A DNA stretch of 64,000 nt from NCBI GenBank assembly GCA_039586575.1, contig JBDHKD010000002.1:1128-65127 (forward strand). Direction: 5' to 3'. The notes beneath the pieces were generated by a model. The model saw nothing but the letters and a program-made list of their open reading frames with translations. It did not search any database and was not told the DNA's origin. This document shows, piece by piece, positions 37,472 to 47,440 of this stretch. The translations under genes were made by a program, and so were the position numbers. This stretch comes from Gemmatimonadota bacterium. Lineage in GTDB: Bacteria; Gemmatimonadota; Gemmatimonadetes; Palauibacterales; KS3-K002. Position 1 is the stretch's first letter, and each line of letters starts with the position of its first letter.

Positions 37472-38517
37472 GAACGAAACTGGTGAGCCTGTTGGCGCTG
37501 GCCGCGGTCGCGGCCTGCTCGGACGCAGAATCGAACAACAGCGGCGGTCCAGGCGGTGGAGGGCCACCGCCTGGGATGCCCGTCGAGGTAGCACTCGCGC
37601 GCCAGGATACGGTCGTTGATGCGATCACCGCGACCGGTCAGGTCGAGGCGCTTCAGTCCATCGAGCTGCGACCGGAGGTTGACGGGCGGCTGGAGCAGAT
37701 CCTGGCGCGCGAAGGGATCGAGGTCGCGAAGGGTACCCCCCTCTTCAAGATCGATGACGCCGAACTGAGGGCTCAAGTGACGCGCCTGGAGGCCGAGCGC
37801 GACCTGGCCGTACAGGCCCTCGAGCGCACTCGCCGCCTGCTGGCACAGAACGCCTCATCGGAGGCGGATCTGGAGTTGGCCGAGGCTAATGCGCGGAGCA
37901 GCCAGGCCCAGCTCGAGCTTGAGCAGGTCCGTCTGGACCGGACCTTGGTGCGCGCGCCGTTCTCGGGGTCGCTGGGCGAGCGGCTCGTGAGCCTGGGCGA
38001 CTACGTTAACACGTCGACCCGGCTGACCACGCTGCAGACGGTGGATCCGCAGCGCGCGGTGTTCCAGGTTCCGGAGCGTTACGCCCGGCGCCTCGAGGTG
38101 GGTCAAGAGGTGAGTTTTCGGGTGGCCGCGCTGCCGGAAATCGAGTTTTTCGGTTCGGTCGATTTCGTCGATCCGGTCGTCGCGCTTCCGGCCCGCACGA
38201 TCAAGGTCAAGGCCGAGGTGCCGAATCGGGAGCGGACTCTCAAGGCCGGCATGTTCATCGAGGCGCGACTCGCTACCGATGTGCGTCCTGCCGCCATCGT
38301 CGTGCCCGAGGATGCGATTCTCCCACTCTCGGGCGCGAACTATGTCTGGGTGATCGTCGACGGGACGGCGACCCGCAGGCAGGTGGAGCTGGGCGTGCGT
38401 ATACCGGGCTTCGTCGAGATCGAGAGCGGCGTCGAGGCTGGCGAGCAGGTGGTGGTCGGGGGCTTGGAGCGACTCTCGGAAGGAACGCCGGTGGTGGCGA
38501 CGGTTGTGGAGCGCTGA
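37468..38517 (+). CDS. RND efflux periplasmic adaptor (membrane fusion protein, HlyD/AcrA family) lipoprotein, 349 aa
   Basis: GTGA overlap with OMF; lipobox LALAAVAAC; alpha-hairpin plus lipoyl plus beta-barrel pattern (…TGQVEALQSIELRPEVDGRL…LVRAPFSGSLGERLVSLGDYV…). Confidence 0.85.
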   Translation: MRTKLVSLLALAAVAACSDAESNNSGGPGGGGPPPGMPVEVALARQDTVVDAITATGQVEALQSIELRPEVDGRLEQILAREGIEVAKGTPLFKIDDAELRAQVTRLEAERDLAVQALERTRRLLAQNASSEADLELAEANARSSQAQLELEQVRLDRTLVRAPFSGSLGERLVSLGDYVNTSTRLTTLQTVDPQRAVFQVPERYARRLEVGQEVSFRVAALPEIEFFGSVDFVDPVVALPARTIKVKAEVPNRERTLKAGMFIEARLATDVRPAAIVVPEDAILPLSGANYVWVIVDGTATRRQVELGVRIPGFVEIESGVEAGEQVVVGGLERLSEGTPVVATVVER

Positions 38518-38975
38518 GCGCTACACAACTCTGCTTGAGAATCGCGTGGCGGCTGACCCGGTGCCGGGAGTGGAACCACCGGGCCGGAATGGAGGGATTG
38601 GAGACCTACCTGCTGCCCAATGCAGGCGCCGCCACGCAACTTCCTGAGCTCGAAGCTCCCGTATAGGGTGTGGAGGCCTCAACGACCGAGAGGAAGCAGT
38701 GCAGGCTCCCGTACCGCTTCCTCTCCGTCGTCTTCACCGGGCGGGGGCCTCTCACCGAAACTGACCCCTCTTCCTCGTCGTGTCGGCGTTACGCAAGGGG
38801 CGCGTGACTGTTCCGGACCCGATGGTGACACGCTTGTCGCGTGCCTGCTCTACATTAGTGCCGTCCGCGCGCGGCGAGTACGGTTTATCGGTGAGTTGGC
38901 GGTTCGGTTGGACGAAGCGGCGAAGCCGTAGGACGAATCGCCGCGGTCGACGCGTGCGCCGAGCCCGCGGCGATC

Positions 38976-39767
38976 TTACAGAGGTCTGCCCAGTCGGTCT
39001 TCCAGCGCCTGCCGACGGCTGCGGCTCAGCTTGAGCTCTGTCCCGTCCTTCAGCAGGATCATGTAGTCGCCGTGGAAGTAGGGGTGCAGCTCCTTGATGC
39101 GCTCGAGGTTGACGATGGAAGAGCGGTGGGTGCGGGCGAACTTGGAGGGATCGAGCTGCTCCTCGAGGCGCTTCATCGTGTCGCGCAGCAGGTGGGTGTT
39201 GCCGCCGACGTGCAGCCGTACGTAATCGCCTTCCGCTTCGATCCAGTCGATCTCATCTACCTTGAGGAAGACAACCCGGCCGGCCGTCTTGAGCATCACC
39301 CGCTGCAGATACCCGGAAGGCAGCGGGCGCCCCGCGGCGACACCGGCCTGACTCTCCAGGAGCGCGATGAGCTGGCGGCTCAGCGCTCCGACAGCGCCCT
39401 CGCGGATCTGCGTCTTCGCGCGCGTCACTGCCGTCGCGAAGCGCTCGTCATCGTACGGCTTCAGCAGGTAATCGAGCGCCGCCACGTCGAACGCACGCAG
39501 TGCATACTGATCGTAGGCCGTCACGAAGACCACCACAGGCATCTCGTCGGCACCGACCTCGTCGATGACACCGAATCCGTCGAGTTCGGGCATTTGCACA
39601 TCGAGGAAGACGAGGTGGGGCGCGAGCTCACGGATTGCCTCGACCGCCTCACGGCCGTCGGCGCACTCGCCGACCACCTCGATCTCGGGATCGTTCGCCA
39701 GCAGCACGCGGAGCCCCTCGCGGGCGACCGGCTCGTCGTCGACGAGCAGCGCTCTGATCGTCTGCAT
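38976..39767 (-). CDS. LytTR-family two-component response regulator (REC + LytTR DNA-binding), 263 aa
   Basis: REC acidic pocket LLVDDEP and phospho-Asp in VFLDVQMP; C-terminal LytTR (…ETHRSSIVNLERIKEL…). Confidence 0.85.
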   Translation of the reverse strand: MQTIRALLVDDEPVAREGLRVLLANDPEIEVVGECADGREAVEAIRELAPHLVFLDVQMPELDGFGVIDEVGADEMPVVVFVTAYDQYALRAFDVAALDYLLKPYDDERFATAVTRAKTQIREGAVGALSRQLIALLESQAGVAAGRPLPSGYLQRVMLKTAGRVVFLKVDEIDWIEAEGDYVRLHVGGNTHLLRDTMKRLEEQLDPSKFARTHRSSIVNLERIKELHPYFHGDYMILLKDGTELKLSRSRRQALEDRLGRPL

Positions 39768-39771
39768 CCCG

Positions 39772-40905
39772 CTAGGCCTCGCCCTTCACATCCTCGGCGG
39801 CGAGCCGGAAGGGAAGCTCGAGCGCCGCGGTAACACCACCGCCTGCGGCGTTCTCGATCACAAAGCTGTGGTCGCTGCCGTAGAGCTGCTCGAGCCTCTG
39901 CTTGGTCGTTGACAGGCCGACACCATTGCCGCCTGGCTCTTCGAGCCACTCGGGCAGCCCGGGGCCGTCGTTCCAGACCGAGAGGTGGAGCCGCTGACCG
40001 TCGCGCCGGGCGGCGATCCGCAGCGTTCCAGCCGCCGAGCGCGGCGCGATGCCGTGCTGGATCGCGTTTTCCACCAGCGGTTGCAGAATCAGGTAGGGAA
40101 CTTGCGCCTCCTGAGCCCCGTCATCGATACTCAGCTCCACCTTCAGTCGCTCGCCGAAGCGTATCTGCTCGATCTCCAGGTAACGCCGGATGAACTCGAG
40201 TTCCTGCTTGAGAGGCACGACTTGTGACCCGGCGCTGTCCAGCGCCCGCCGCAACAATTCACCGAGCCCGGTCACTACCCGCACGGCCTGCGCCTTCCTC
40301 TCGGTCCGCACGAGCACGGCGATCGTGTTGAGTGCGTTGAAAAGGAAGTGCGGATGCAGTTGTGCCTCGAGCGCCTGTATGCGTGCCTCGGCAAGCTGTG
40401 TCTCCAGCTGTGAGGCCCGCAGCTCTCGCTCGCGGCTTTCCCGATAGTGCTGTACGAGGTAGGCCAGGCCGACGATGATCCAATACAGGAGGGGATCGAA
40501 GTGGAGGAACGCGACGAACGTCATGAGCGACATCTGCAGGAGAACGCCGGTGCCGGTGTCGATCTGGCCCAGCGCCTGACCGGCGTACACCCATGCCATG
40601 CTACCGATCCACGATACCAACAGACTGGCGACCAGGTGGACCGCGAGGCTGGGAGCCCACCGGTCGCGCCGGAAAGGGAAGCGCACCTTCAGCCAGAGGA
40701 TGACCGGTGTGAAGAGCGCCCAGGTAGAGGTCCAGGCCAAGTACCAGATCAGCGAGTCGGAAAGCGGGAAGTCGCGCCCGAGGAAGCGGTAGCGGATGTA
40801 AAGGTCACCAGCGACCAGGGCGCCGAAGAGGGTCCAGACGCCGATGATCAGCAGCCAGCGCGCCGAGCGCCGGCTGAGCAGCTCTTCCAGGTTTCCGATT
40901 CTCAA
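39772..40905 (-). CDS. LytS/YehU-type sensor histidine kinase (polytopic sensor + His_kinase/HATPase), 377 aa
   Basis: Five to six N-terminal TM helices; H-box QLHPHFLFNALNTI; HATPase N, G1 and G2 boxes (LVENAIQHG…DGPGL…GGNGVGL). Confidence 0.8.
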   Translation of the reverse strand: MRIGNLEELLSRRSARWLLIIGVWTLFGALVAGDLYIRYRFLGRDFPLSDSLIWYLAWTSTWALFTPVILWLKVRFPFRRDRWAPSLAVHLVASLLVSWIGSMAWVYAGQALGQIDTGTGVLLQMSLMTFVAFLHFDPLLYWIIVGLAYLVQHYRESRERELRASQLETQLAEARIQALEAQLHPHFLFNALNTIAVLVRTERKAQAVRVVTGLGELLRRALDSAGSQVVPLKQELEFIRRYLEIEQIRFGERLKVELSIDDGAQEAQVPYLILQPLVENAIQHGIAPRSAAGTLRIAARRDGQRLHLSVWNDGPGLPEWLEEPGGNGVGLSTTKQRLEQLYGSDHSFVIENAAGGGVTAALELPFRLAAEDVKGEA

Positions 40906-41128
40906 TCGCGGACCGGTCTTGATCGCACGGCGAGGGGCCTACCCCGAGCGGCATAGTAAGCATGGCGCGGCCAGCCCGGCAACCGTTGTGCGGCAGACCG
41001 TAGCCTCGACGCGACGAAACGGGTTGGGGCGCGTCTAAGCGCGCCGGAGCCTTGACGGGCACGCCGCGGCGCGTGACGTTTATCCCTCTCTCAGCACCTC
41101 AATCTGCCCTGTCGGAAAGGACCAGACG

Positions 41129-42016
41129 ATGTACGTGGTAACGGGGGCTACCGGGCGCACCGGTCGCGTGGTCGCCGAGGCGCTGCTCGCTGCGGGGAAG
41201 GACGTGTTGGCGGTCGGGCGTAGCAAGGGCCGCCTGCAGGTGCTGGTGGAGAAGGGAGCGCAGCCCTTCGTCGGCTCGGTCACTGATGCCCAGTCCATGA
41301 GCATCGCCCTCTCGGGCGCCGTTGGCGCCTACTGCATGATTCCGCCGCGCTTCGACGTCCAGGATTTCCGCGCCTTCCAGCGTCAGGTCAGCGAGTCGCT
41401 CGCCGCCGCCGTGCACGAGGCGGGCGTCGAGTACGTCGTCTTTCTCAGCAGTGTCGGCGCACAGCACTCGGCGGGCGTCGGCCCGATCGTCGGCTTGCGA
41501 GAGGCGGAAGACCGCCTCAATGCGCTCGAGGGCGTGAACGTGCTCAGTCTGCGCCCTGGATTCTTCATGGAGAACTGCTTCACGCAGATCGAGGCGATCC
41601 GTGGCATGGGGGCGATCGGCATGCCGATGCGCGGTGATGTTCCCCTGTCGCTCATTGCCACGCGCGACATCGGCGAGTACGCCGCCGAGCGGTTGCTGAA
41701 GACGGACTTCTCCGGGAAGACGACGCGCGAACTACTCGGCCCCCGCGACATGACACTGGAGGAAGCGGCTGGAATCCTCGGCGCCGCTATCGGCAAGAAC
41801 GGTCTCCAATACGTCCAGGTCGGATTCGATGACGCGGAACAGGGCTTGCTCGGTATGGGTCTCAGTTCCAGCGCGGTGTCTGCGCTTCTGGAATTGTACC
41901 GCGGTTTCAATGATGGGCTGGTTGCCGGGGCTGAGGAACGATCGCCGGAGAACACCACGCCGACGACCCTCGAAGAGTTTAGTGAGGCCTTCGCCAAGGT
42001 TTATGGCGCGCAGTGA
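41129..42016 (+). CDS. NmrA-like / atypical SDR NAD(P)H-binding protein, 295 aa
   Basis: Rossmann N-terminus MYVVTGATGRTGRVVAEALLAAG; NmrA-like length and pattern. Confidence 0.75.
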   Translation: MYVVTGATGRTGRVVAEALLAAGKDVLAVGRSKGRLQVLVEKGAQPFVGSVTDAQSMSIALSGAVGAYCMIPPRFDVQDFRAFQRQVSESLAAAVHEAGVEYVVFLSSVGAQHSAGVGPIVGLREAEDRLNALEGVNVLSLRPGFFMENCFTQIEAIRGMGAIGMPMRGDVPLSLIATRDIGEYAAERLLKTDFSGKTTRELLGPRDMTLEEAAGILGAAIGKNGLQYVQVGFDDAEQGLLGMGLSSSAVSALLELYRGFNDGLVAGAEERSPENTTPTTLEEFSEAFAKVYGAQ

Positions 42017-42100
42017 TCAGTCGGCAGCGGCCGGTGATCGGTAGCTGTCGACTTCGCCCGCGACAGGCTACCGATCACCGACCATCTTCCAGAGACCAAC

Positions 42101-42712
42101 CTAACGCGCCGCGTCGAACCGCTTCGCCACCTCGTCCCAGTTGACCGTGTCGAACCAGGCCTCGATATAATCGGGTCGCCGGTTCTGATACTTCAAGTAG
42201 TAGGCGTGCTCCCATACATCGATCCCGAGGATCGGCCTACGCCCCTCGGTGAGTGGGCTGTCCTGGTTCGGGGTGCTTTCGACGACCAGCTTCCCCTTCG
42301 GGTCCACCGAGAGCCACCCCCAGCCGCTGCCGAAGCGCGTCGCCGCCACATCACCTAGCTGCTGCTTGAAACTCGCGAAGTCGCCGAACGCCGCGGCTAT
42401 CGCGCCGGCCAGCTCGCCCGTCGGCTCGCCGCCGCCACCCGGGCCCATAATCGACCAGAAGAGCGTGTGGTTCGCGTGACCACCACCGTTGTTGCGGACC
42501 GCGGTCCGGATGTCCTCCGGCACCTCACTCAACTGTGCCAACAGCTTCTCGACCGGCCAATCGGCCAGCCCCGCGTGCTTCTCTAGCGCCCCATTCAGCT
42601 TGGCGACGTAGCCCGCATGGTGCTTGCCGTGGTGGATCCGCATCGTCTGCTCGTCGATATGCGGCTCGAGCGCCTTGTAGTCGTAAGGGAGCGGGGGAAG
42701 TTCGTGAGCCAT
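42101..42712 (-). CDS. Fe/Mn superoxide dismutase, 203 aa
   Basis: ATG at 42712 preceded by GGAGGAAAA RBS; metal ligands and signature (HHGKHH…[18 protein letters not shown]). The 421-aa ORF in the track is an N-terminal over-extension. Confidence 0.9.
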   Translation of the reverse strand: MAHELPPLPYDYKALEPHIDEQTMRIHHGKHHAGYVAKLNGALEKHAGLADWPVEKLLAQLSEVPEDIRTAVRNNGGGHANHTLFWSIMGPGGGGEPTGELAGAIAAAFGDFASFKQQLGDVAATRFGSGWGWLSVDPKGKLVVESTPNQDSPLTEGRRPILGIDVWEHAYYLKYQNRRPDYIEAWFDTVNWDEVAKRFDAAR

Positions 42713-43016
42713 TTTTCCTCCTATCACGGGTGGGGCACCTTTCGGATAACACGAGAAAGATACTGCGAAAGAGGGGTGGTTCAACGTGGCGATTGCAGCG
42801 CGCCTTCCGCGGCCTTGCGAAATGCGACTGTTTTCGGTATATGTTCGGGTCACCGTACTACAGGGGGACGCAGGCGATTTCGGAGTCTGGTCGCGCTGGC
42901 CGCCCTTGTCCTGGCCTTGGGGGCGGGCGGCTGCGGTCGCGGTGAGCAAGCGGTCGACGAAGCGGTAGTACTGTCGGCCGATCCCATCGTCATCTCCAAA
43001 CCAAACGAGGGCACGA

Positions 43017-43378
43017 TGTTTGTTGGTCTGAGAACCGTCGTCTACCAGGTCGACGATCTGGAGAAGGCGAAGGAATGGTACGGCCGGGTCTTGGGATTCG
43101 AGCCGTACTTCGACGAGCCGTTCTACGTCGGGTTCAACGTGGCTGGGTTCGAGCTGGGGCTGCATCCGGCCGAGAAAGACGCGCCCCTCGGAGCCGGGGG
43201 TACGCTCGCGTATTGGGGAGTCGAAGATATCGTAGCGGTGATGGCCAGGTTGGAAGAGCTGGGCGCCCCGGTGCACAGCGAGATTCAGGATGTCGGCGAA
43301 GGGATCTTGGTGGCCTCGGTGATCGATCCGTTCGGCAACCTGGTGGGGATCATCCAGAACCCGCATTTCGGGAACTAG
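43017..43378 (+). CDS. VOC (glyoxalase I / bleomycin-resistance) family protein, 120 aa
   Basis: ATG at 43017 with GAGGG RBS; VOC beta-alpha-beta-beta-beta pattern (…[23 protein letters not shown]…[31 protein letters not shown]). Confidence 0.6.
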
Positions 43379-43382
43379 CGAG

Positions 43383-44063
43383 TCACAGTCCCCACTCCCA
43401 GAAGCTCGGGCCGATGCGCAGGTTGTGCAGCCACTCGGGCGGCCACCAGTATCTCAGTAGCACAGCGAGCCAACCGTGTGAGAGCGCCAGGGTGATCAGG
43501 TTGGGGTGCCGCTCGAACAGGCGGCACCAAACGTAGCCTCCCACCAGGGTTAGCGCCGCCAGGGCCAGGTTCGGCCAATGGAGGGAAGCGAAGAGAGCAG
43601 CCGTGATCGCCGCCGTCGGTGCCGGCCGCCCAACAGCTTCCCGTAGCCGGCGATAGGTGAACGACTGCATAGCGAACTGCTGGGCGAGCCCCCAGAACGG
43701 GTAGAGAAGGAACGGGCCGAGCATACCGCGGTGCCAAGTGGGCCCGGCTCCGGTCGCCCAGCCGATGGCCAGCACAGCTATCGCCCCCACCAGAGTCGCC
43801 AGTCCTACCTCACGGGCTGAGATCCCCAGGTTGTCCAACCGGAGGCCGAGGTCCCGCAGCCGGTCCCTGTGAAGAACCGCGGAGGCGAAGGGGATGAGCA
43901 CGATCAGGGTCATGAACGGGATGCGAAGCCAGTCGTTGTGCGTCGGTTGAAGTACCCAGACGTAGACCAGGCCCAGGCCCACGAAGACCAGCGGCTCTCC
44001 GACCGAGCGCGCTTTGGCGCGACCACTTAGGGTGGATAGGCTCTCTACTTGGCGTCTGTCCAT
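43383..44063 (-). CDS. CPBP-family (CAAX/Abi-like) intramembrane metalloprotease, 226 aa
   Basis: Six TM helices; C-terminal CPBP motifs (…[15 protein letters not shown]… and …[11 protein letters not shown]…); the first EExxxR motif appears degenerate. Confidence 0.55.
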   Translation of the reverse strand: MDRRQVESLSTLSGRAKARSVGEPLVFVGLGLVYVWVLQPTHNDWLRIPFMTLIVLIPFASAVLHRDRLRDLGLRLDNLGISAREVGLATLVGAIAVLAIGWATGAGPTWHRGMLGPFLLYPFWGLAQQFAMQSFTYRRLREAVGRPAPTAAITAALFASLHWPNLALAALTLVGGYVWCRLFERHPNLITLALSHGWLAVLLRYWWPPEWLHNLRIGPSFWEWGL

Positions 44064-44189
44064 TCGATCTCCGGGGCTGAGGGGCTCGAGACGACGCCCC
44101 GGGAAATTTGCGGGAAACGCGATTCTGCGCTATAGATTGGTCAATTCTCGAGATCGCTGGTTCCCCATTTTACCAGGAGGTTCTCGGCT

Positions 44190-44726
44190 ATGCAGCGACG
44201 TGATGCCGGCAGGGTAGGTGCACAACCGCAACCGTTCCCGGTCCAGGCAGCGCCCCGCCCGCTGCGTTTCCGCGTTGAAGCGGAGCCCGGCGGGGACCCG
44301 ATGCGTCGCCGCTGGCAGGCCGTTTTCTCCTACGGTGAGGGCTGGGCACGCTTCAAAATCGTTGTCAACCTGAGCCGCAACAGCCTCACTTTTCACCGCT
44401 CCCTCGACGCCGACTATACCGCCATGCTAAGAGCGTTGGCGGGTAAGCCTTCGGGTTCGGTGACACCGCTGCCGCCCCCGGCGAGCCGCGTCGAGTCGCT
44501 GACCTTTGAGACCGAGATCGTCGGACTCAAGATGTCACGAGTGGATGCCGGTGCCTTTCAGGCCGGGCCCGCTGGTGACTGGCTGGTCGTGCAGGCGTTT
44601 GTTCCGCGCGGTGCCGAGTCATTCCTGGTCGGTGTGAACGATCGGCTGAATGCCGGCGAAATCGTGATCACGCGGGCCGAGGCCGTACCTGTCGTCGTCC
44701 ACGCGCTCTCGCAGGTCTTCGGCTAG
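44190..44726 (+). CDS. Hypothetical protein, 178 aa
   Basis: ATG at 44190, 9 nt after CAGGAGG RBS; no recognisable domain. Confidence 0.5.
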   Translation: MQRRDAGRVGAQPQPFPVQAAPRPLRFRVEAEPGGDPMRRRWQAVFSYGEGWARFKIVVNLSRNSLTFHRSLDADYTAMLRALAGKPSGSVTPLPPPASRVESLTFETEIVGLKMSRVDAGAFQAGPAGDWLVVQAFVPRGAESFLVGVNDRLNAGEIVITRAEAVPVVVHALSQVFG

Positions 44727-44860
44727 CCGGCGGCCCCGCCCCGGGGGCTAGCCGGAGCGCCGCGGACGCTTATTATTGAGTCGCCCCGCCAACAAAGTCA
44801 CTCGAATCCGACTCCCGCCGGCGGTCGGTCCACGGCCAGGCGGAGGGGTATAGGACACCC

Positions 44861-46423
44861 ATGATTCAGCCCGCGGTACAGGAAGTCGCCAGCGTCTTCA
44901 GAGGGGAATTGCGCTGGATGTTCGGGCCCTACCCGGCGCTGATACCTGACAGCGGCTGGCCGTCGGTGGGGATACTCGACGCACTCTGCCGCGGCATGCG
45001 CGGTCGCAGCGTCCTGACCGAGAGCGAAAAACTCTTCGTCTCCGGTGCAGCGGCGCAACTGGGCGAATTGATCCATACCTGCTGGGAAACGTTCGCCACC
45101 GAAGTGCGGGTAGAACATCGCGATGGAATCGTCTGCTCCGCCGTGGCGCCCGACGGCTCGACTTATCGCCTGCCGTTGGAGAACGCCATCCTGGCCACCC
45201 TGCGCGATCCCAAGCTGCCACAGCAACTGCCCGCGCAGCTACCGTACAGCCCGGCGGGCGACAGGCACTTACTCGAGTTGCTGGGACTGGCGGCCTGTCT
45301 GGGGATCAGCGCCTTCGGTGAAGGGCCTTGGCCCGAGCTGGCGGTGGACGGGTTGGATGATCGAATCGACGCCGTCGTTCCGCTGCTCGCCGACCAGTGC
45401 GCCGAACACTACAAGCATCTCCACCCCGAGGAGCACCTCGGTCAGAAGTCCGATCTCTACCTCAAACTGATCTGGCCGCTCACCATGTGTGACGGGGAAC
45501 GCGCCTACGAGGAGGCCGGCACCAACCTCCTGGCCTACCTCGACGGTGCGCTGGCAGTCATTCGCGGAGCGTTGCCTCTTCTTAGGAACTTGGCGCGATT
45601 TCCTAGTGGGACGGTCCGCGGTGCGGCTCTTACCTGCCTCATCCTGGATGAGCGCGTCCCGGTCTCGGGCGAGCTGTTGGAGGTGGCGGCTGACCATTTC
45701 GGCGGCCGGGCCCGGGCGTTCCGCGAGGCCGCCATCGCCTTGGCGGCCGACCGCGGCCGCAACATCGACTGGCTGCGCGGTGGCGTTAACCCGGAGGCGC
45801 GCTTCCGCTATGAGCGGCAGCTGTCACTTCTGCCGCTTGTGCACATGCCGTTCGCGCAGTGTGTCGAGCCGGCCAACCGGGAGTTGGCGGCCGCGCTCGT
45901 CGCGATGGATGCCAGCGAAGCGACCACGCTGCTGGAGCGGCGATTGGCGCGAGCTGAGCGTCACCCGAAGCTCCTGTTCCAGCAGGCCATCCTGAAGCGC
46001 TGGCTCGGCGACCTCGAGGAAGCGGAGTCTCTGCTGGAAGAGATCGTCCGAGCTCACCCGGAGGGACTGGACGCCGATTTCTACCTGGAGGCCGGCATCG
46101 GCGCCTTGGCGCTGGGCCATTTGGACGACGCCATCACGCGCCTGGAACGGGCGCTCGCCTTGGGCGAGAAACGATTCCAGGTCGCCTCCATACTGGGCCA
46201 CGCCTACGCGCGCGTCGGGCGCCGCGAGGATGCCGTCGCCGCCTTCGGCGAAGCCATCGCCCGAGGCCATCTCCCCTCCGATGTCCTGGTGAGCAGGGCC
46301 GACGTGCAGCGTGAGATGGGCGAGCAGGAAGGATACTCTCGTGACCTTGCGGCTGCGGCCGCGCTCTATCCGTTCAACCCCCGCGTCGTCGAGCGGGTCA
46401 TGGCGGGATACGTCGAGGCCTGA
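44861..46423 (+). CDS. Hypothetical protein with C-terminal TPR repeats, 520 aa
   Basis: About 350-aa N-terminal region of unknown fold; C-terminal about 170 aa with 3-4 TPR-like helix pairs (…LLFQQAILKRWLGDLEEAESLLEEIVRAHPEG…RFQVASILGHAYARVGRREDAVAAFGEAIARG…). Confidence 0.55.
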   Translation: MIQPAVQEVASVFRGELRWMFGPYPALIPDSGWPSVGILDALCRGMRGRSVLTESEKLFVSGAAAQLGELIHTCWETFATEVRVEHRDGIVCSAVAPDGSTYRLPLENAILATLRDPKLPQQLPAQLPYSPAGDRHLLELLGLAACLGISAFGEGPWPELAVDGLDDRIDAVVPLLADQCAEHYKHLHPEEHLGQKSDLYLKLIWPLTMCDGERAYEEAGTNLLAYLDGALAVIRGALPLLRNLARFPSGTVRGAALTCLILDERVPVSGELLEVAADHFGGRARAFREAAIALAADRGRNIDWLRGGVNPEARFRYERQLSLLPLVHMPFAQCVEPANRELAAALVAMDASEATTLLERRLARAERHPKLLFQQAILKRWLGDLEEAESLLEEIVRAHPEGLDADFYLEAGIGALALGHLDDAITRLERALALGEKRFQVASILGHAYARVGRREDAVAAFGEAIARGHLPSDVLVSRADVQREMGEQEGYSRDLAAAAALYPFNPRVVERVMAGYVEA

Positions 46424-46435
46424 ACGGCGCGTGCG

Positions 46436-46660
46436 CTACGGACGCCAGCGGCCGGCACGGCTTCCCGCCTCGAGAACCTTGGCCACCACCTCGCGAAAAC
46501 CGGGTCCGAACGCCATCGCCGCTTCGTCGAGCGAGACGAAGGAGAATAGCCGCTGGACGTAGCTACCACCCTCGCCGTAAGTGGCAACGACCTCGACGCC
46601 GCCATCGTCACCGACCGCCCACCTCGCCCAAATCGGGCCGCCTGAAGTCCCATCTTCCAT
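46436..46660 (-). CDS. Small hypothetical ORF (74 aa), coding status uncertain
   Basis: ATG at 46660; weak RBS; not composition-artefact-like (mixed residues: …ATYGEGGSYVQRLFSFVSLDEAAMAF…). Confidence 0.25.
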   Translation of the reverse strand: MEDGTSGGPIWARWAVGDDGGVEVVATYGEGGSYVQRLFSFVSLDEAAMAFGPGFREVVAKVLEAGSRAGRWRP

Positions 46661-46840
46661 GAGTCCTGCGAGTTAGAGCCTCCGAGAGCGAACGTAGAGG
46701 GATAACCGTTCTCCGTCCAGGCCCGGTCCCGTTGCCAGCCGGTCCGCATCGCCCTATCGTGAGGTGGGCCCATTCCCAGCTCACAGCCAAGAGTGTAAGC
46801 CTAGCGGGAAAGTGCAGCTCACTTTCAGCAGGAGGGTGTC

Positions 46841-47356
46841 ATGAAGCTCCTCAGACTCGCCTTGGTTCTAGTGCTCGTTCCAGGTCTAGGCCTCGTCGCT
46901 TGTGCCGAGCAGGCTGGCGAGGAGGGGGCCGAGACCATGGAGATGGCGATGGCCGTTGACATGGAGGCTCTGGGCGAAGCGATCGCCGACATCACCGCAC
47001 AGTGGGATGCTGCGTACGAGGCTGGCGATGCCGCAAGCCTCGCGGCCTTGTACACGGAAGACGCGTTCCGCATGCCACCGAAGGAGGCGACGGAGCGCGG
47101 CCGAGAGGCGGTCGAGCAGGCCTACGCGGAGATGTTCGCTGCCACGAGTGAGAGAGAGATCACGATCAACCCGATTGAGTACGGAGGCAGCGGCAACCTT
47201 TCGTTCACGGTCGGCACATACTCCTTCAGCTATCTGATGGAGGGTGAGACCTTCACGGACGAGGGGAAATACCTGGTCGTCTCCAAGATGGCCGACGACG
47301 GGACGTGGAAAATCCTCGCCCACAGCTGGAGCAGCAACCTGCCCGACGAGGAATAG
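46841..47356 (+). CDS. NTF2-like (DUF4440/SnoaL-type) lipoprotein, 171 aa
   Basis: Lipobox LVLVPGLGLVAC; NTF2-like pattern (…WDAAYEAGDAASLAALYTEDAFRMPP…KYLVVSKMADDGTWKILAHSWSS). Confidence 0.55.
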   Translation: MKLLRLALVLVLVPGLGLVACAEQAGEEGAETMEMAMAVDMEALGEAIADITAQWDAAYEAGDAASLAALYTEDAFRMPPKEATERGREAVEQAYAEMFAATSEREITINPIEYGGSGNLSFTVGTYSFSYLMEGETFTDEGKYLVVSKMADDGTWKILAHSWSSNLPDEE

Positions 47357-47440
47357 CGAGAGCGGTTCGGCTAGATCGTTAGCCGCAACGAGCCCCGCGG
47401 TTTGCAACACTCGGCCCGCGGGGCTCGTCTATTCGAGCGT

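Noticed and set aside
38620-38931. 103-aa ORF in the long convergent intergenic region
   Set aside because: Low-complexity Ser/Pro/Arg/Gly translation, no RBS. More likely non-coding.
42101-43366. 421-aa version of the SOD ORF
   Set aside because: Only the C-terminal 203 aa are superoxide dismutase. An ATG with GGAGGAAAA RBS at 42712 is the real start. The upstream part overlaps the VOC gene on the other strand.
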